A DNA stretch of 64,000 nucleotides from Candidatus Poribacteria bacterium (lineage in GTDB: Bacteria; Poribacteria; WGA-4E; JAJDTR01). A model generated the notes under the pieces. That model searched no databases and was not told the DNA's origin. It was given only the letters and a program-made list of their open reading frames with translations. The stretch is taken from the NCBI GenBank assembly GCA_965222225.1, contig CBDCTK010000002.1, forward strand, positions 4,544,001 through 4,608,000. The letters run 5' to 3'. Positions 28,747 through 39,680 of this stretch are shown one piece after another. Position 1 is the first letter of the stretch. Every line of letters starts with the position of its first letter. The translations under genes and the position numbers were made by a program.

Positions 28747-29375
28747 CTTGGTATTCCTTTTGAACGCAGCAAAGACAGAAGTTTTTGCGACAGTCTGTGT
28801 TAAACTCGTGCCATCGAGGTTAGAGAAAAAATTCAGTCTATAACAGTTTCGAGACAAAAAGAGATAGCAGCAGGGGCTGCTGCATTTCTGGTGGGGTAAT
28901 TGACAGGAGATATCGAGAGTTTTTTCGCAGAAGAAAGTGTTCTTAACCAACACTCACTATCATTCCCACTGTTAGAAAATATATTTCCGGAACAATTTCT
29001 AACTCCGTTTCTCAATCAGAGTCTCAATCTGGATAGCCAAAATCATAGCATGATTGCAAATACATTGAAACTGGACACGACAGAATGTAAAATGTCCAAC
29101 AAGCGTTCGCTTGATGAACGACTCCCGGAGATCTACTTCGCCCGCGACAAAATGCGGTTTACCCAGTCCAAAAATCATATACAGAAATCTAATCCCTTTT
29201 GCCCACCTTAATCCCCTGATGTCGAAGGTAGGCGTACACCGTCGATCTAGCAATCGACAGGAGCTTGTCGAGATGCTAATCGCGCTCACGTTCTTCCGGG
29301 CGGACTTTCGAAAAGATGAACGACGCGGGTCAACAACATTCTTGGTGCAATCTTGACTTTCTCGCTTGGCGGAAA

Positions 29376-30950
29376 TCATCCACCGTAGATGCTCTCCATC
29401 TGCCAGAGGTCGAGCGACACAAGCTCTGCGTCTCTGCCCTGCGCGCTAAAAGAGACGCCGGTGCTGTCCGGTCTGCCGGGGTAGACCCGCATGGCAACGC
29501 ATTGGCGACCGTTGACGAACACCTCGATTACGCTGCGGTCGATGAATACGTGCAGCTTGAGTGTCTCCTCGGGTCCCAATGCCACCGGGGCAGTCTCCGG
29601 CGCGCGGCACAGGGCATCCGGCAGGATCGATGAGCGTGAGGAGTCGATGCTTATAAGGCTGTCGCGAGAATCCGGTTGCCGCACAGGGTGCTTGAAGCCC
29701 CGTTCGCGGTAGAAAACGATACGGGTGTGCTCCTGGCGGTCCGGCGATCGCAGCACGTTGAGTTCCACCATCGGTGCTCCACAGGTGTCAATCTCCAGCT
29801 CGAGTTCGATGGCATTGCCTTCGATGCCGTCAAGCACCGTTTCGCAATTGGCAGGGATTGGTTGACGACCAACGCTCTTGCGAGTGCCCCGGAGCGAGGC
29901 GATATCGCCGGCGGGATCGATACCGAGTTCGTTATCGCCGATCAGTGTCAACCGCCGCGGCAGGCTCATGAGTTGACCCCACCCCTTTTTCGGCAGACCG
30001 GGATTCATGTTCCAAATACAGATGACGCCGCCTTTGCCGTCGGGCGTGGCGGACGGTGCATGCAGGCCTGACGGTTGTGCGGCGCCGAAGTTGAACTTGC
30101 CGTGGGCATTTGGATAAAACTTTGCACCTTCTGCGTCGTAGTCGCCGAGCAGGTACTGCGGACCGCTCATGTGGCTGAAGAAGAGCAGGATGTGCCGCTG
30201 GACGGAACCGCTACCGATCGGCCAGAAGTAGGGGCAGGCACCGTCGTCGCCATCAACTAAGCGGCTCTGGTCGTCGACAAATGGGTGCAGGTATTCCCAG
30301 TGCTCAAGGTCGTTGGAGCGTAGCACCGAGTCCATCGGATTCCAGGCGTCGCGTCCGTTGCATAGGGCGTAGTAGGTGTCGCCCTCCCGCCAAATGCAGG
30401 GATCGTGTACGCGGTATGGTAAAGCCGATCCGTCCGGCGCCAGCAGTGGCACGACAGGCCCTCCCGTCAGCTTTTTCCAGTTGAGCAACAGCGGATCGCT
30501 CGAAGTAGCTACCATCAAGCCCTGCTCGACGCCGTAGTACATGGCGATGACCCGATCTTCTTCGACCAGCGTGGTGCCGGAGAAGCAATGGCGCTCCGGA
30601 CATGGATGAATGGCGTACGGAAGGTCGCGCCAGTGAATCAGATCCGCACTCACCGCGTGTCCCCAGTGTACACGTTTGTCGCCGTCCGGCGGATTGCCCT
30701 GATAGAAGAGGTGCCAGTTTCCCTGCCAGTAGCAGAGGCCGTTGGAGTCGTTGTGATTCGCTTCGGGACTCACGAAGTGGTAGGTTGGTCGGTGAGGATC
30801 ACTGCTCAGAGCTGCCCGCGACTCGTGCATACGCGCCAGCAGCGGGTTCGCCGCCAGCTCCTTCTCCTGCGTTTCGAGCGTGTCGCCGAAGTTGTATTTC
30901 GGTGTGTCCGTAGTCGGAAAGTATTTCGGAGGCAGGTTGTTTATAGTCAT
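29376..30950 (-). CDS. Glycoside hydrolase family 32 protein
   Basis: RPTYHF, NDSNG, WHLFYQ, HWGHAVS, FSGT, HDP, MSLPR, FIDRSVIEVF. Confidence 0.9.
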   Translation of the reverse strand: MTINNLPPKYFPTTDTPKYNFGDTLETQEKELAANPLLARMHESRAALSSDPHRPTYHFVSPEANHNDSNGLCYWQGNWHLFYQGNPPDGDKRVHWGHAVSADLIHWRDLPYAIHPCPERHCFSGTTLVEEDRVIAMYYGVEQGLMVATSSDPLLLNWKKLTGGPVVPLLAPDGSALPYRVHDPCIWREGDTYYALCNGRDAWNPMDSVLRSNDLEHWEYLHPFVDDQSRLVDGDDGACPYFWPIGSGSVQRHILLFFSHMSGPQYLLGDYDAEGAKFYPNAHGKFNFGAAQPSGLHAPSATPDGKGGVICIWNMNPGLPKKGWGQLMSLPRRLTLIGDNELGIDPAGDIASLRGTRKSVGRQPIPANCETVLDGIEGNAIELELEIDTCGAPMVELNVLRSPDRQEHTRIVFYRERGFKHPVRQPDSRDSLISIDSSRSSILPDALCRAPETAPVALGPEETLKLHVFIDRSVIEVFVNGRQCVAMRVYPGRPDSTGVSFSAQGRDAELVSLDLWQMESIYGG

Positions 30951-31232
30951 ACTGTTTTCACCATTCCTTAAACCATCATATACGGGTCCGCGGCGCCGCG
31001 CAAACCGTCGGAGCCGTTAGCCAGAGGCAGATATATCTCAACGAGTTGGTTCTTTGTTTCAGCGATGATTTCTTGATTGTCTCAGTTTTGGCAATAACGA
31101 AAATTCGGCAGTTTTTGCTGCTTGCCATGGAAATTACGAAGGCTATTTTACCCGTTTTTCGCGTCCCGTTCAATACCAATCTCCCGGTTGAAGGGATTTG
31201 CGGAGTTCAGGTCGTACGCTGCCCTGCGTTTA

Positions 31233-31433
31233 GAGCCTGTTTGAATAAGCGGGAGCAAAGCCATTTTTGATCATTTGTAGGAAGTTTTTTCATGTTTTTA
31301 TTGTTGCCAGCTACGTACTGTGGGATCCCTATCGCACTCGTTATCCACTCGCTTGAGGGGATCTCTATCGCGCTCGTAATCCACTCGCTTGATCGCAGTG
31401 CACACCCTACAAATGTACTTTTCAAACAGGCTC
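31233..31433 (+). mobile_element. IS5-like MITE (201 bp), TTA target duplication
   Basis: Perfect 13-bp TIRs GAGCCTGTTTGAA / TTCAAACAGGCTC; TTA at 31230-31232 and 31434-31436; two 38-bp-family units at 31322-31394. Confidence 0.88.
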
Positions 31434-32834
31434 TTACTCATGGAAACTGAATGAGAAGATCTTTGATTCTCGCAGTTCGAACTTCAACTTAATCTCCCTG
31501 TCCTTTAGTCTATCCAACGCGAGTCCGGCTCTCCACGCTATCTTCGCGTCTGAAACGGTGGTTGTTACCAACTTCCCTTCAGCCACTCGTTTGTTGTCTT
31601 TGTCCAAGAGAGTGACCTTGACAAAGCCGGACGGCGCGACATCGGCGCTGATGCAGAGCGAATTGCCGACGATCGATACGGCTTTGGTCGTAAGTGCCCC
31701 GGTGCTGTTGCTTCCTCCGGCGATCTGTTCGTAGCCGGCAAAACCGTCGGGCCGAAACCGAGCCAGGGCAAAGTAGCCGTTGCGCCAGCCCATGAACCTA
31801 CCGTCGTTCGCACCGTAGTAAAGGAGAATCTCGTCTTCCATCACAATCGGGGTGGACGCAAAGATGCAGCCCCAGTCATAGTCGCCCATCACCGCGCCAT
31901 TCGGAATCAGCGGCTTGCCGGGCTGGATCCGATGCCATTGCTTGCTATCCGGGCTCCATGCCAATTCGCACCATTGCCTGCTCGCTTCGATGTCAAAGAG
32001 TCCTATCATGCCGAGGTAGACACCGGCGTGGGGGAGCACGATCAAATCATGGATCTGCATGCGCGGGTCAAGCCCTTCCATAACAGGCTCTGTTTTTGAC
32101 CATTTCAGAAAGCCCTCCGACTCGCTCCTTACCGCTTGCCGATGCCCCTGGTATCCGTAGCGGCCCGTGGTTTTCTCACCGCCCCAACTACGCGTGATAA
32201 GCACATACTTCCCAAGATCTTCGTCCCACCACACGCTCGGGTGCGTGTCGCCAATATCTATGGGTCCGACATCGTGCTTGTTGCCCCAATGAATTCCATT
32301 CGGGGAGAACCAAACCGCACTCTTTTGCCTTTCCGGTTTAACTGCCTTGTAACGCCTTTGCGGATCGGTTTCATGCGGATCTTTCATAACCGCTAAACGG
32401 TAGTGTTCTATGACAATATTGTTCCTCTTGCTGCCGTTGAAGTCTATCAAACCCAAGTCAGGCTTTTCCCAATTAATCCCGTCCCGAGAAGTCGCATAGC
32501 ACACGCCGGACCTACGTTTGCCCTCTGTCCAGTTGACCCATGCCCGTTTTTCGGACGGAATGCCCTCACCCGGGAGATCTCCTTTAGATTCGGACCTGGT
32601 GAATATGCTATACCAGCACTTGAAAATCTTCTCCTCTTGGTCATAGATGGCACTACAGTAGGGATTGTCGTATCGGGGCTCCCACGGCTTGTCTTCCTTG
32701 AAGAGCGGATTGTTCCTGTCTTTGTGCGCGACACCAACAGTCAGCTCCACGTTGTTTTCCTCTTCGATGATTCGCGAATCAAGAACGAGGTACCTGTCAC
32801 GCGCTTTGGTGTTGTCACTTGCTGCACTGGCCAT
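31434..32834 (-). CDS. Five-bladed beta-propeller glycoside hydrolase-like protein
   Basis: CYATSRDGINWEKP, SPNGIHW, ELAWSPD, LLYYGA, FRPDGFAG. Confidence 0.7.
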   Translation of the reverse strand: MASAASDNTKARDRYLVLDSRIIEEENNVELTVGVAHKDRNNPLFKEDKPWEPRYDNPYCSAIYDQEEKIFKCWYSIFTRSESKGDLPGEGIPSEKRAWVNWTEGKRRSGVCYATSRDGINWEKPDLGLIDFNGSKRNNIVIEHYRLAVMKDPHETDPQRRYKAVKPERQKSAVWFSPNGIHWGNKHDVGPIDIGDTHPSVWWDEDLGKYVLITRSWGGEKTTGRYGYQGHRQAVRSESEGFLKWSKTEPVMEGLDPRMQIHDLIVLPHAGVYLGMIGLFDIEASRQWCELAWSPDSKQWHRIQPGKPLIPNGAVMGDYDWGCIFASTPIVMEDEILLYYGANDGRFMGWRNGYFALARFRPDGFAGYEQIAGGSNSTGALTTKAVSIVGNSLCISADVAPSGFVKVTLLDKDNKRVAEGKLVTTTVSDAKIAWRAGLALDRLKDREIKLKFELRESKIFSFSFHE

Positions 32835-32945
32835 GGTCATTCCTTCCATCGGGGTTGTATTGTCTCCTGACTATTACACGAATCACCACTGTCTCGGATT
32901 CATGCTTGATTATCCCGCTGAATCGCAACTAGGTGTTGTCATCTA

Positions 32946-34541
32946 TCATCTCGGTTGCTCTGCCCGGTATCGATAGACTTGCAGGTTTTCTGTGGAATGG
33001 ATCACTTCGTAATCGGTGTCCAGACTATCTGTGATCTCCTGAACATCCAGGCCGTGAGTCCGCATAATATCATCACCGCAGGCGAAAGGATCCGATTTGT
33101 CCAGTTTCCATGCCACGATGTAATCAATCACGCCTGAATGTTGGGTGTTCCAATCGAAAGGGAAGTAGTTGAATTTGCATTCGTAATTGCTCAGACTAAT
33201 ACAGCCATTATTCACGCAGTAATAGTTGATGGCATGAGCAAACGGTTCCACAAATTCATCGTGGGTAAATGGCGGCGTGTCCTTGACGTTGGGAGAGGCA
33301 TTTGAGGCGATTCCCAAGACCACTTTGTTCTTTTCAATCAGCTCAATACCTGATGTATACTCTTTCATACTTTTGTCCAGAGGATAATAGTAGCGGCAGC
33401 TTATAGAAAGACGGGTAATGGAAAGGATAATCAAGACAACGACAATCCCGCGCTTGATATATTTGTGGTAATCCTCACTGAGAAACGCCAAAAGCATCGG
33501 GAAAATAAACAGATTCACCCGGTCGTTAATCCAACCGCCACTCGCCATCCCCCCGGGCATAATGAAGTAGAGAACGGTGAAAACGCCGAAAATCAGCAGG
33601 AACTGGTTGTCCTGGCTCATAATCCTTCTTTGGCGGATTCTTTTATATAAAGTGACTGCGAATAACAGCCCCAGCATAATCGCCATAATGCGTGTGGGGA
33701 TCAGGTGAGCGTCGGTAAAAGACATCAACGACTTGGTGCTGAGAAAATAATCCCACGCTTTCCAGTCGCCGAAACGCTCCCATCTCAGGTCCAATTGTCC
33801 ATTGTCTGCAACGACGTTTGTGAGTAGATAATTTGCCATGATGAAGTAGAGCGGCAGCATACAGAGCAGAAGTGCCATAACCCGTTTTGGTCTGCGATAA
33901 AAAGATGTGATAGACAGGAGAGTTAGCGAAAGCATGAGAAGGAGATAAGAGAGGATGTGACTGAAGTAGATCAGGATGCACAACAGATTGAGAATCGCTA
34001 TCTTATTCAGGCTCATATCTTCTTTGTGCTTTATGAAATAGCCCAACGCGAAGAAAAACAGTGGCACAGAAAGGGCAAAGCTGTAGAATCCCATGTGGAG
34101 CAGGTAGTGATCGCTGAACAGAAATCCCAAATAACCGTATAGATTCTTACCCTCGTGTACCGCGCCAAGAAAATAGAAAAGTGACAATGGTAACAAGCCG
34201 ATGATTGCGCTCAAAAGGATTTTTTCCGCTATTAGAGGAGGGAAAATCTTCATCAGCAGCGACATGCAGATGTGTGCGAGCCAGTTGGGGAACAGCGTAA
34301 GATTAAGTTTGTAATATTCCCGCAAGCGAGTTGAATCCTCATCATGGAATACACTCAACACATACGAATTATAGACGTGGGCTGGCCCGTCCTGGGTTGG
34401 GAAGTACTTAAATACCCACAGCGGCGAGATATGCAGGATGATGAGCAAAGAGATAAGAATTCTTTTTCTTCGTACCGAGAGGTCTGTCTCCTTCCAACGT
34501 CCAAGAAGAGATTGCAGACTTGATACTGCTGATTTTAACAT
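32946..34541 (-). CDS. Polytopic membrane protein (GT-C-like), paralog of 26623..28746
   Basis: Shares FPTQDGPAH, LNLTLFPNW, LLHMGFY, GGWINDR and NYE motifs; lacks the C-terminal extra domain. Confidence 0.7.
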   Translation of the reverse strand: MLKSAVSSLQSLLGRWKETDLSVRRKRILISLLIILHISPLWVFKYFPTQDGPAHVYNSYVLSVFHDEDSTRLREYYKLNLTLFPNWLAHICMSLLMKIFPPLIAEKILLSAIIGLLPLSLFYFLGAVHEGKNLYGYLGFLFSDHYLLHMGFYSFALSVPLFFFALGYFIKHKEDMSLNKIAILNLLCILIYFSHILSYLLLMLSLTLLSITSFYRRPKRVMALLLCMLPLYFIMANYLLTNVVADNGQLDLRWERFGDWKAWDYFLSTKSLMSFTDAHLIPTRIMAIMLGLLFAVTLYKRIRQRRIMSQDNQFLLIFGVFTVLYFIMPGGMASGGWINDRVNLFIFPMLLAFLSEDYHKYIKRGIVVVLIILSITRLSISCRYYYPLDKSMKEYTSGIELIEKNKVVLGIASNASPNVKDTPPFTHDEFVEPFAHAINYYCVNNGCISLSNYECKFNYFPFDWNTQHSGVIDYIVAWKLDKSDPFACGDDIMRTHGLDVQEITDSLDTDYEVIHSTENLQVYRYRAEQPR

Positions 34542-34665
34542 TCGTGCATTTCCTTAATTGCTCAAATATATACGAACCTTTCGGTTGGCAAAGTAGAACG
34601 TGCCGCTGGCTTTGTTCAGAATGTGCTAAAAGCACCTTTCGTGGCGATACAGTATTAGATTGAAT

Positions 34666-34750
34666 TAGCCAAAGTTGCCACTTTTGTAGCACGATTTGTC
34701 AGATTGTACATGTGATGCGCAAACTGACAGTTTGCGCTACGAATCATATC
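34666..34750 (+). repeat. Dispersed repeat with REP-like hairpin (inverted copy at about 39875-39958)
   Basis: AAGTTGCCACTTTTGTAGCACGAT...GCGCAAACTGACAGTTTGCGCTAC. Confidence 0.7.
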
Positions 34751-34860
34751 TTCTTGTCCAATCACTGCCTAGGTTGGGGACATCTGACACACTCCTAGAG
34801 AATTAATTCGTTGCTCTCAAATAGTCTTGTCCCGACAGTAAGGAACACAAGGGGGAAAGC

Positions 34861-36268
34861 TTATTGATGCACCTCGAATATGCTGTAGCCGTATGGCGGG
34901 AGCGGCAACTCCAGCGTTTTCTCCACCTTTTGATGTTTCCCGCTAAAGATATCGACCAACTCCGTCTCCCAATCGAGATAAACCTCTATCATCGCATCTT
35001 CGCTCTGGAAGTTAAGCACTACGAGCAGCATCTCATTATCTGTAGTTGATGCGCGAAGGAATGCGTAGTATCGACCATCGTTGTTCGTAGGCAACCGGCC
35101 TCTGGAACCCTTGGCGCAAAGTGTCGGATACTTCTGCCTTGCCTTCATAATCTCTCTGTGCTGTGATAGGAACCACGTCGACCACATAGGCTCATAGATT
35201 CGGTCGCTGGCTACGAACAACTCACCGACTGTCGCCAGCGCCACCACTTCCAACAGCATCTGCGCCGGAGAAAGGTTTCCCGTCGTGTCTCCCATCACCC
35301 GCAACGCGGGGCCGCCCCCATCGCCCGAGCCCCATGACCCTCTCACCCTAGCCCAGGTTATCCCACCGGCTTTGACGACGCGATCCCCGTACAACCGCAG
35401 TTTAATCTCAATTCCGGTGGGATTGCCGCTTTCTAAGGCTATCCTGATGGCTTGCTCCCAGCGCCGACCTGTGGCGATTCCGTAGTCCTGTACGCTGTCA
35501 TAGTGCCCGTCGGTAATCCATGAGACCGGGTCACTGCGGATTCCGGCTCCCTCGGGAAGTACAAACGTATTTGGATATTCGTGAACCACGTCGGTAATCG
35601 TGCGGTTGTTCACTTTCCAAGTACAGTTGGTGTATTCGGGCACGGCGTCAACCATTATGCCGTCTATCCCTCTCTCCATCCAAAAGCGAACAACCTTCCG
35701 GCATTCCTCCTGCCACGATTCCTCTCCATAATTGAACTGAGGCAAATCCCCATCGCCGGACTTGCCGAACCATCTGACCCAAAAGTATTTCCCTGCTCTC
35801 TCGCTGAACCGCCAACTGCCCTCGACATCATTCAGGAAGAAAGGCAATTGGCTTCGATCCAGTTCGGCAGACTTGGTGTCACTCCACACGAACCAGCGAG
35901 ACTCCGGGCTCTCCACGCCGGCTTTCACATCGTCACAGGCATGTATAAAGGGAGGAAACTCCATGGCGGCGTAGCCGAGGTTGAGAAAAGCAATGACGGC
36001 AATGTCTCTGTCGTGACACGCCGTAACGAGTTCATCAAAGTCATCTAATGGATCCAAGGGCGGGATCGACGGCATAGTAGTCGAGGACATCCAGTCCTGA
36101 ATACTGGACGCCTCCATGGTACGGGATCCCCATGCAAATAGCGTTAAAGCCCCACTCGTTGACCTCGTCGACCATTCCGATGATCTTTTTGAGCGTTCGG
36201 CCCTTGTGTTTGGGACTGGTAAAATGCATTAGTGTAGCGTTTTCCCACCAACGAGGTTTCAAACTCAT
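34861..36268 (-). pseudogene. Frameshifted GH13-like glycoside hydrolase
   Basis: ORF 36041..36268 (...YYAVDPALGS) joins ORF 34861..36117 (DDFDELV...) through one extra base near 36048; paralog of 24683..26035. Confidence 0.8.
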
Positions 36269-36399
36269 ATGCGTACTGCCTTCCTAACGGGTATTCAAAT
36301 GTGCGCTGTTCGTGGATTCCCCAAACGAATCCTCGTATCGGGATTCATAACGTGGCACTCAGTAGACATTGTTCTCTTCGCATTGGCGTTTTGCTTTAC

Positions 36400-36720
36400 G
36401 GGCAAAAGTGCCAAAAAATTCTCCCGCGCTGTTTCCATTGGTAACAATCAGGAATTCCTCTCTGGTGAAAAGGTTGAACAGGCGATTGCCGACAGCTTCC
36501 GAAGGCTTATCCAAAATGCGATTATCTGCTGGAACTATCTGTATCTCCCTCAGAAGATTACCGAAGCCGAGGGCGAAGAAAAGCGAAAGGAATTACTCAC
36601 AGCGGTCCGGAATGGCTCCATGGCGGCGTGGGGCACGTCAATCCGCATGGCGCGTATGATTTCTCAGATGAAAAACTATCGGATTCGGTCGGATGATACG
36701 CACCTAAGATCCTGGCAAGA
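36400..36720 (+). mobile_element. Tn3-family transposase C-terminal remnant
   Basis: KFSRAVSIGNNQEF...RLIQNAIICWNYLYL...NGSMAAW, then INPHGAYDFS in a shifted frame. Confidence 0.75.
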
Positions 36721-36933
36721 AAGACGTATTCTAGGGGAGGATGTGTGGCCAAATAGCAGGTTCTAAGGGGTGGGTCAAAATCCTATGGCAGTTTTCGTGC
36801 ATTTGTTTAACTTGACCGAACATTGTCTGGAGTGATTCATTGAGTCGTCATACTTACACTCAACGACGAAATCCATTTCTTCCACCTGGCGTTTTGCGGG
36901 ATTTGAGGTAATCGCTTTTTCGTCGTCACAGGG

Positions 36934-36964
36934 AAAGAAAAAGGAAGGGCAATTGTCCTTCCTT
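36934..36964 (-). terminator. Intrinsic terminator
   Basis: AAGGAAGGGCA/TGTCCTTCCTT stem with a T-rich tail on the minus strand, just after the stop at 36979. Confidence 0.65.
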
Positions 36965-36978
36965 GTTTTGAGAGACTA

Positions 36979-37797
36979 TCAATCCCCTTTGATGCTGCCC
37001 CAGGTTGTGGAGAGTTTACCGGCAGGTTCAACGGCGAGCAAGTGCATCTCTTCGGTAACCCAGATATTGATGAACTCTGAACACACGGCTCCTCTGTCAC
37101 CCATGTCCTCTATTTTTGATTGACTGATGATGGCTAAGTAACCATTCGTCTTCGTGTTGTGAAGAACTACGGGGTCAACAAAGTTTCCCCTCTCTGCGAA
37201 TATCTCGGCAGCTTCCCAGGGAGCTACAAGGGCATTCAGATTAACAGGTCTGTTGGAAAGATACTTGTCCCCAAGACTCGGCATGAACTTTTTACCCGCA
37301 GCCGTCGCCTTCATTAAGGTAGCATCTCGCCCCACGATAATGTTCTCCGCAAGGTCCAGAATGTTTGCGGCGCCGGCATCCATGTTTCTTTCTTTTTCCC
37401 CGTTCTCGTGGGTTGCCCAGGCAAACCAGTCGGCGACGTTGATAAACATGTTGCCGTCGTCGAGCCATTTTTCAGCGCGAGAGCCGTCCGGCTTCTTGTT
37501 CAAGGTAGGATATAAGGTACTCGGTATCTGCCCGTTTAGCCAGATGATATCGAGATGCCCATCACCCGTGTTCGCATCTGCCCATCGCCCAAATGCATTA
37601 AGATCTTTGTCATCGAACTTCTGGATATCGTCGAACAAAGTTCCGGTATTCTTGATCATCTTCTCAACGTCATTGGTCATCGTTTTCTGATCATACGTGC
37701 CCGGTTGAAACCCCCCGACGTAGAACGCGATGTCGGAAGCTATAGCGATTGGTCCAAAAGCAAATACAATGATGACTGCCGACAATAGTTTTTCCAT
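36979..37797 (-). CDS. Secreted hypothetical protein with TWG C-terminal tail
   Basis: Signal peptide (AIA-S); DIIWLNGQIPS, WLDDGNMFINVADWF; ends AVEPAGKLSTTWGSIKGD. Confidence 0.8.
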   Translation of the reverse strand: MEKLLSAVIIVFAFGPIAIASDIAFYVGGFQPGTYDQKTMTNDVEKMIKNTGTLFDDIQKFDDKDLNAFGRWADANTGDGHLDIIWLNGQIPSTLYPTLNKKPDGSRAEKWLDDGNMFINVADWFAWATHENGEKERNMDAGAANILDLAENIIVGRDATLMKATAAGKKFMPSLGDKYLSNRPVNLNALVAPWEAAEIFAERGNFVDPVVLHNTKTNGYLAIISQSKIEDMGDRGAVCSEFINIWVTEEMHLLAVEPAGKLSTTWGSIKGD

Positions 37798-37916
37798 TTT
37801 ATTCACCGTCCTGATTCGACTGTGGCGAAACTCTGTTGAAACCGGAACTAAGTGATTCATTCGCAAAGTAAATAATGCTTACGAGACTGGCACAAGAAAC
37901 CCGTTCTACCACGCCG

Positions 37917-37943
37917 GTCGGTGCGGTTTCTAACCGCACCGAC
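37917..37943. repeat. Perfect 12-bp hairpin
   Basis: GTCGGTGCGGTT-TCT-AACCGCACCGAC. Confidence 0.75.
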
Positions 37944-37992
37944 AACCGACGCTTAATCATATTTTCTTAGAAAGTAAACCGCTAAGTCTACG

Positions 37993-38110
37993 CTAACGCA
38001 GGAATTAAGCATAAGCGGGGATTAACACCAAAAACCGGATCACATTGCTGATACGGCATCTGCAGCGATTCCGGATTCGGTCCGCTCAATTACGCTTAAT
38101 TCCTCGTCAG
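37993..38110. repeat. MITE-like fold-back element
   Basis: Perfect core AGGAATTAAGC/GCTTAATTCCT with imperfect extensions and inner stems. Confidence 0.6.
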
Positions 38111-38169
38111 TATTGGGTTTAACTCGATTTTGGCGATTAATTTGACAAAGTAAAACTAACTTGTGGTGT

Positions 38170-39063
38170 TTAGTACCTTGTCTTTATCTCGCCCCAGGTT
38201 GCAGAGAGTTTATCAGCAGGGTCAACAGAAGTGGTGAGCCCTCCTCCAAAAACCCAGTTATTGATGAACTCCGAACACATGGCACCTCTGTCACCCGCGT
38301 TACCTATTTTTGATTGACTTATGATAGCTAAGCAACCATTTGTCTCCGTGTTGCAAGCAACTACGGGGTCAGCCAGAACCCCCGCAGGTAGAACCATATC
38401 CTGTACATCGCCTACGTCGGCAACGCCTTCACTCGCACTCACGGCGAATACTTCGGTAACTTCCCAAGGAGGTGTAAAGGCTTCAAGATAGACAGGTCTG
38501 TTGGACAGGAGATTATCGTCAAGACTCGGCATATACTCCCTACCTGCAGCCGTCCTCGACATCACGGTGTCAGCTGCCCCCAGGATAATCGTGTGGTCCT
38601 GGTCTAGTATGAAACCTGCGGCAACATGGGTGTTTCTTTCTTTTTCCCCGTTTTCATGGGTTGCCCAAGCGAACCAGTCGGCGACGTTGATAAACATGTT
38701 TCCGTCGTCGAGCCATCTTTCAGCGACCGAGCCATCCTCCTCCTCGTTAAAGGTTGGATACAAGCTACTCGGTATCTGTCCGTTGAGCCAGATAATGTCG
38801 AGATCGCCGTCACCGATATTTGCCTCTGCCCATTCCCCAAGTCCATCAATATCCCCATCATCAAACGACTGGACATCGTTGAACCTGCCTGCAGTTTCCT
38901 GCATCATCGTTTCAACGTCAAAGGCCATTGTTTCGTCGTCATACGAGCCCCCCTGAAACTCCCCGACGTAGTAGGCTATATCGGAAGCGATAGCCATCGT
39001 ACCAAATGCGAAGACCAAGACGACCGTCATAATAAGGCAAGTAAGAGCCTTTTTGGTGTACAT
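38170..39063 (-). CDS. Secreted hypothetical protein, tandem paralog with TWG tail
   Basis: RBS AGGAGG; colinear with 36979..37797; ends SVDPADKLSATWGEIKTRY. Confidence 0.85.
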   Translation of the reverse strand: MYTKKALTCLIMTVVLVFAFGTMAIASDIAYYVGEFQGGSYDDETMAFDVETMMQETAGRFNDVQSFDDGDIDGLGEWAEANIGDGDLDIIWLNGQIPSSLYPTFNEEEDGSVAERWLDDGNMFINVADWFAWATHENGEKERNTHVAAGFILDQDHTIILGAADTVMSRTAAGREYMPSLDDNLLSNRPVYLEAFTPPWEVTEVFAVSASEGVADVGDVQDMVLPAGVLADPVVACNTETNGCLAIISQSKIGNAGDRGAMCSEFINNWVFGGGLTTSVDPADKLSATWGEIKTRY

Positions 39064-39680
39064 TACTGTTTTCCTCCTATATCTTCAGAACTTTCTCAGA
39101 AAATCTGGAAAGCGTTATTGAGTTGAGTATTGCAGCGATTTCTGCTTTACTCTTTTGACAGTTTCGTAGCCAACTGCTGTAATAGTCTATTATGGATGCG
39201 TATATCTGTCAATAAAAAAATGCACGCTGTTTCCCCATAAACGTGCACCTTAAATCCTTCATACCCGGTAACCACGCGGGTTTCAGCACTCACAATACAG
39301 ATAAAACTCATAGAACTCCTAAATCCGCCCTGTTGCCCCATGTAATTATGAAGGAAACTCGACAGTCCAAACGACGATAGCCGTTGTCTAGGTAAACTCT
39401 AATTTTTCTCAGGCTGGGTTCATCACTAGCAGACAGGCCCTATACTCCGTTACCTTGGACGTCAATGCAGAACGCATTATCACCATTATCAATCCCTTTG
39501 TCCAATCACTGATGGCCAACGCCTTCGATTCCTGAATCGCTATCTGATTCATGATTCGTCTCCCCGGCTTTCAACGGATCACTGACCACTTGTTATCTCT
39601 AAATACCGATAAGTGGGATCATACTAATACCTTGTCTCTAAATTTTCAGTGCATAAATAGCGTCAATCATGTGGTGTCAA

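Noticed and set aside
28999-29379. Short overlapping ORFs between the membrane protein and GH32
   Set aside because: Possibly a frameshifted remnant, but I could not assign a family.
36041-36060. Programmed frameshift in the GH13-like gene (also map near 43938)
   Set aside because: No slippery heptamer or stimulator is visible; mutation or sequencing error is more likely.
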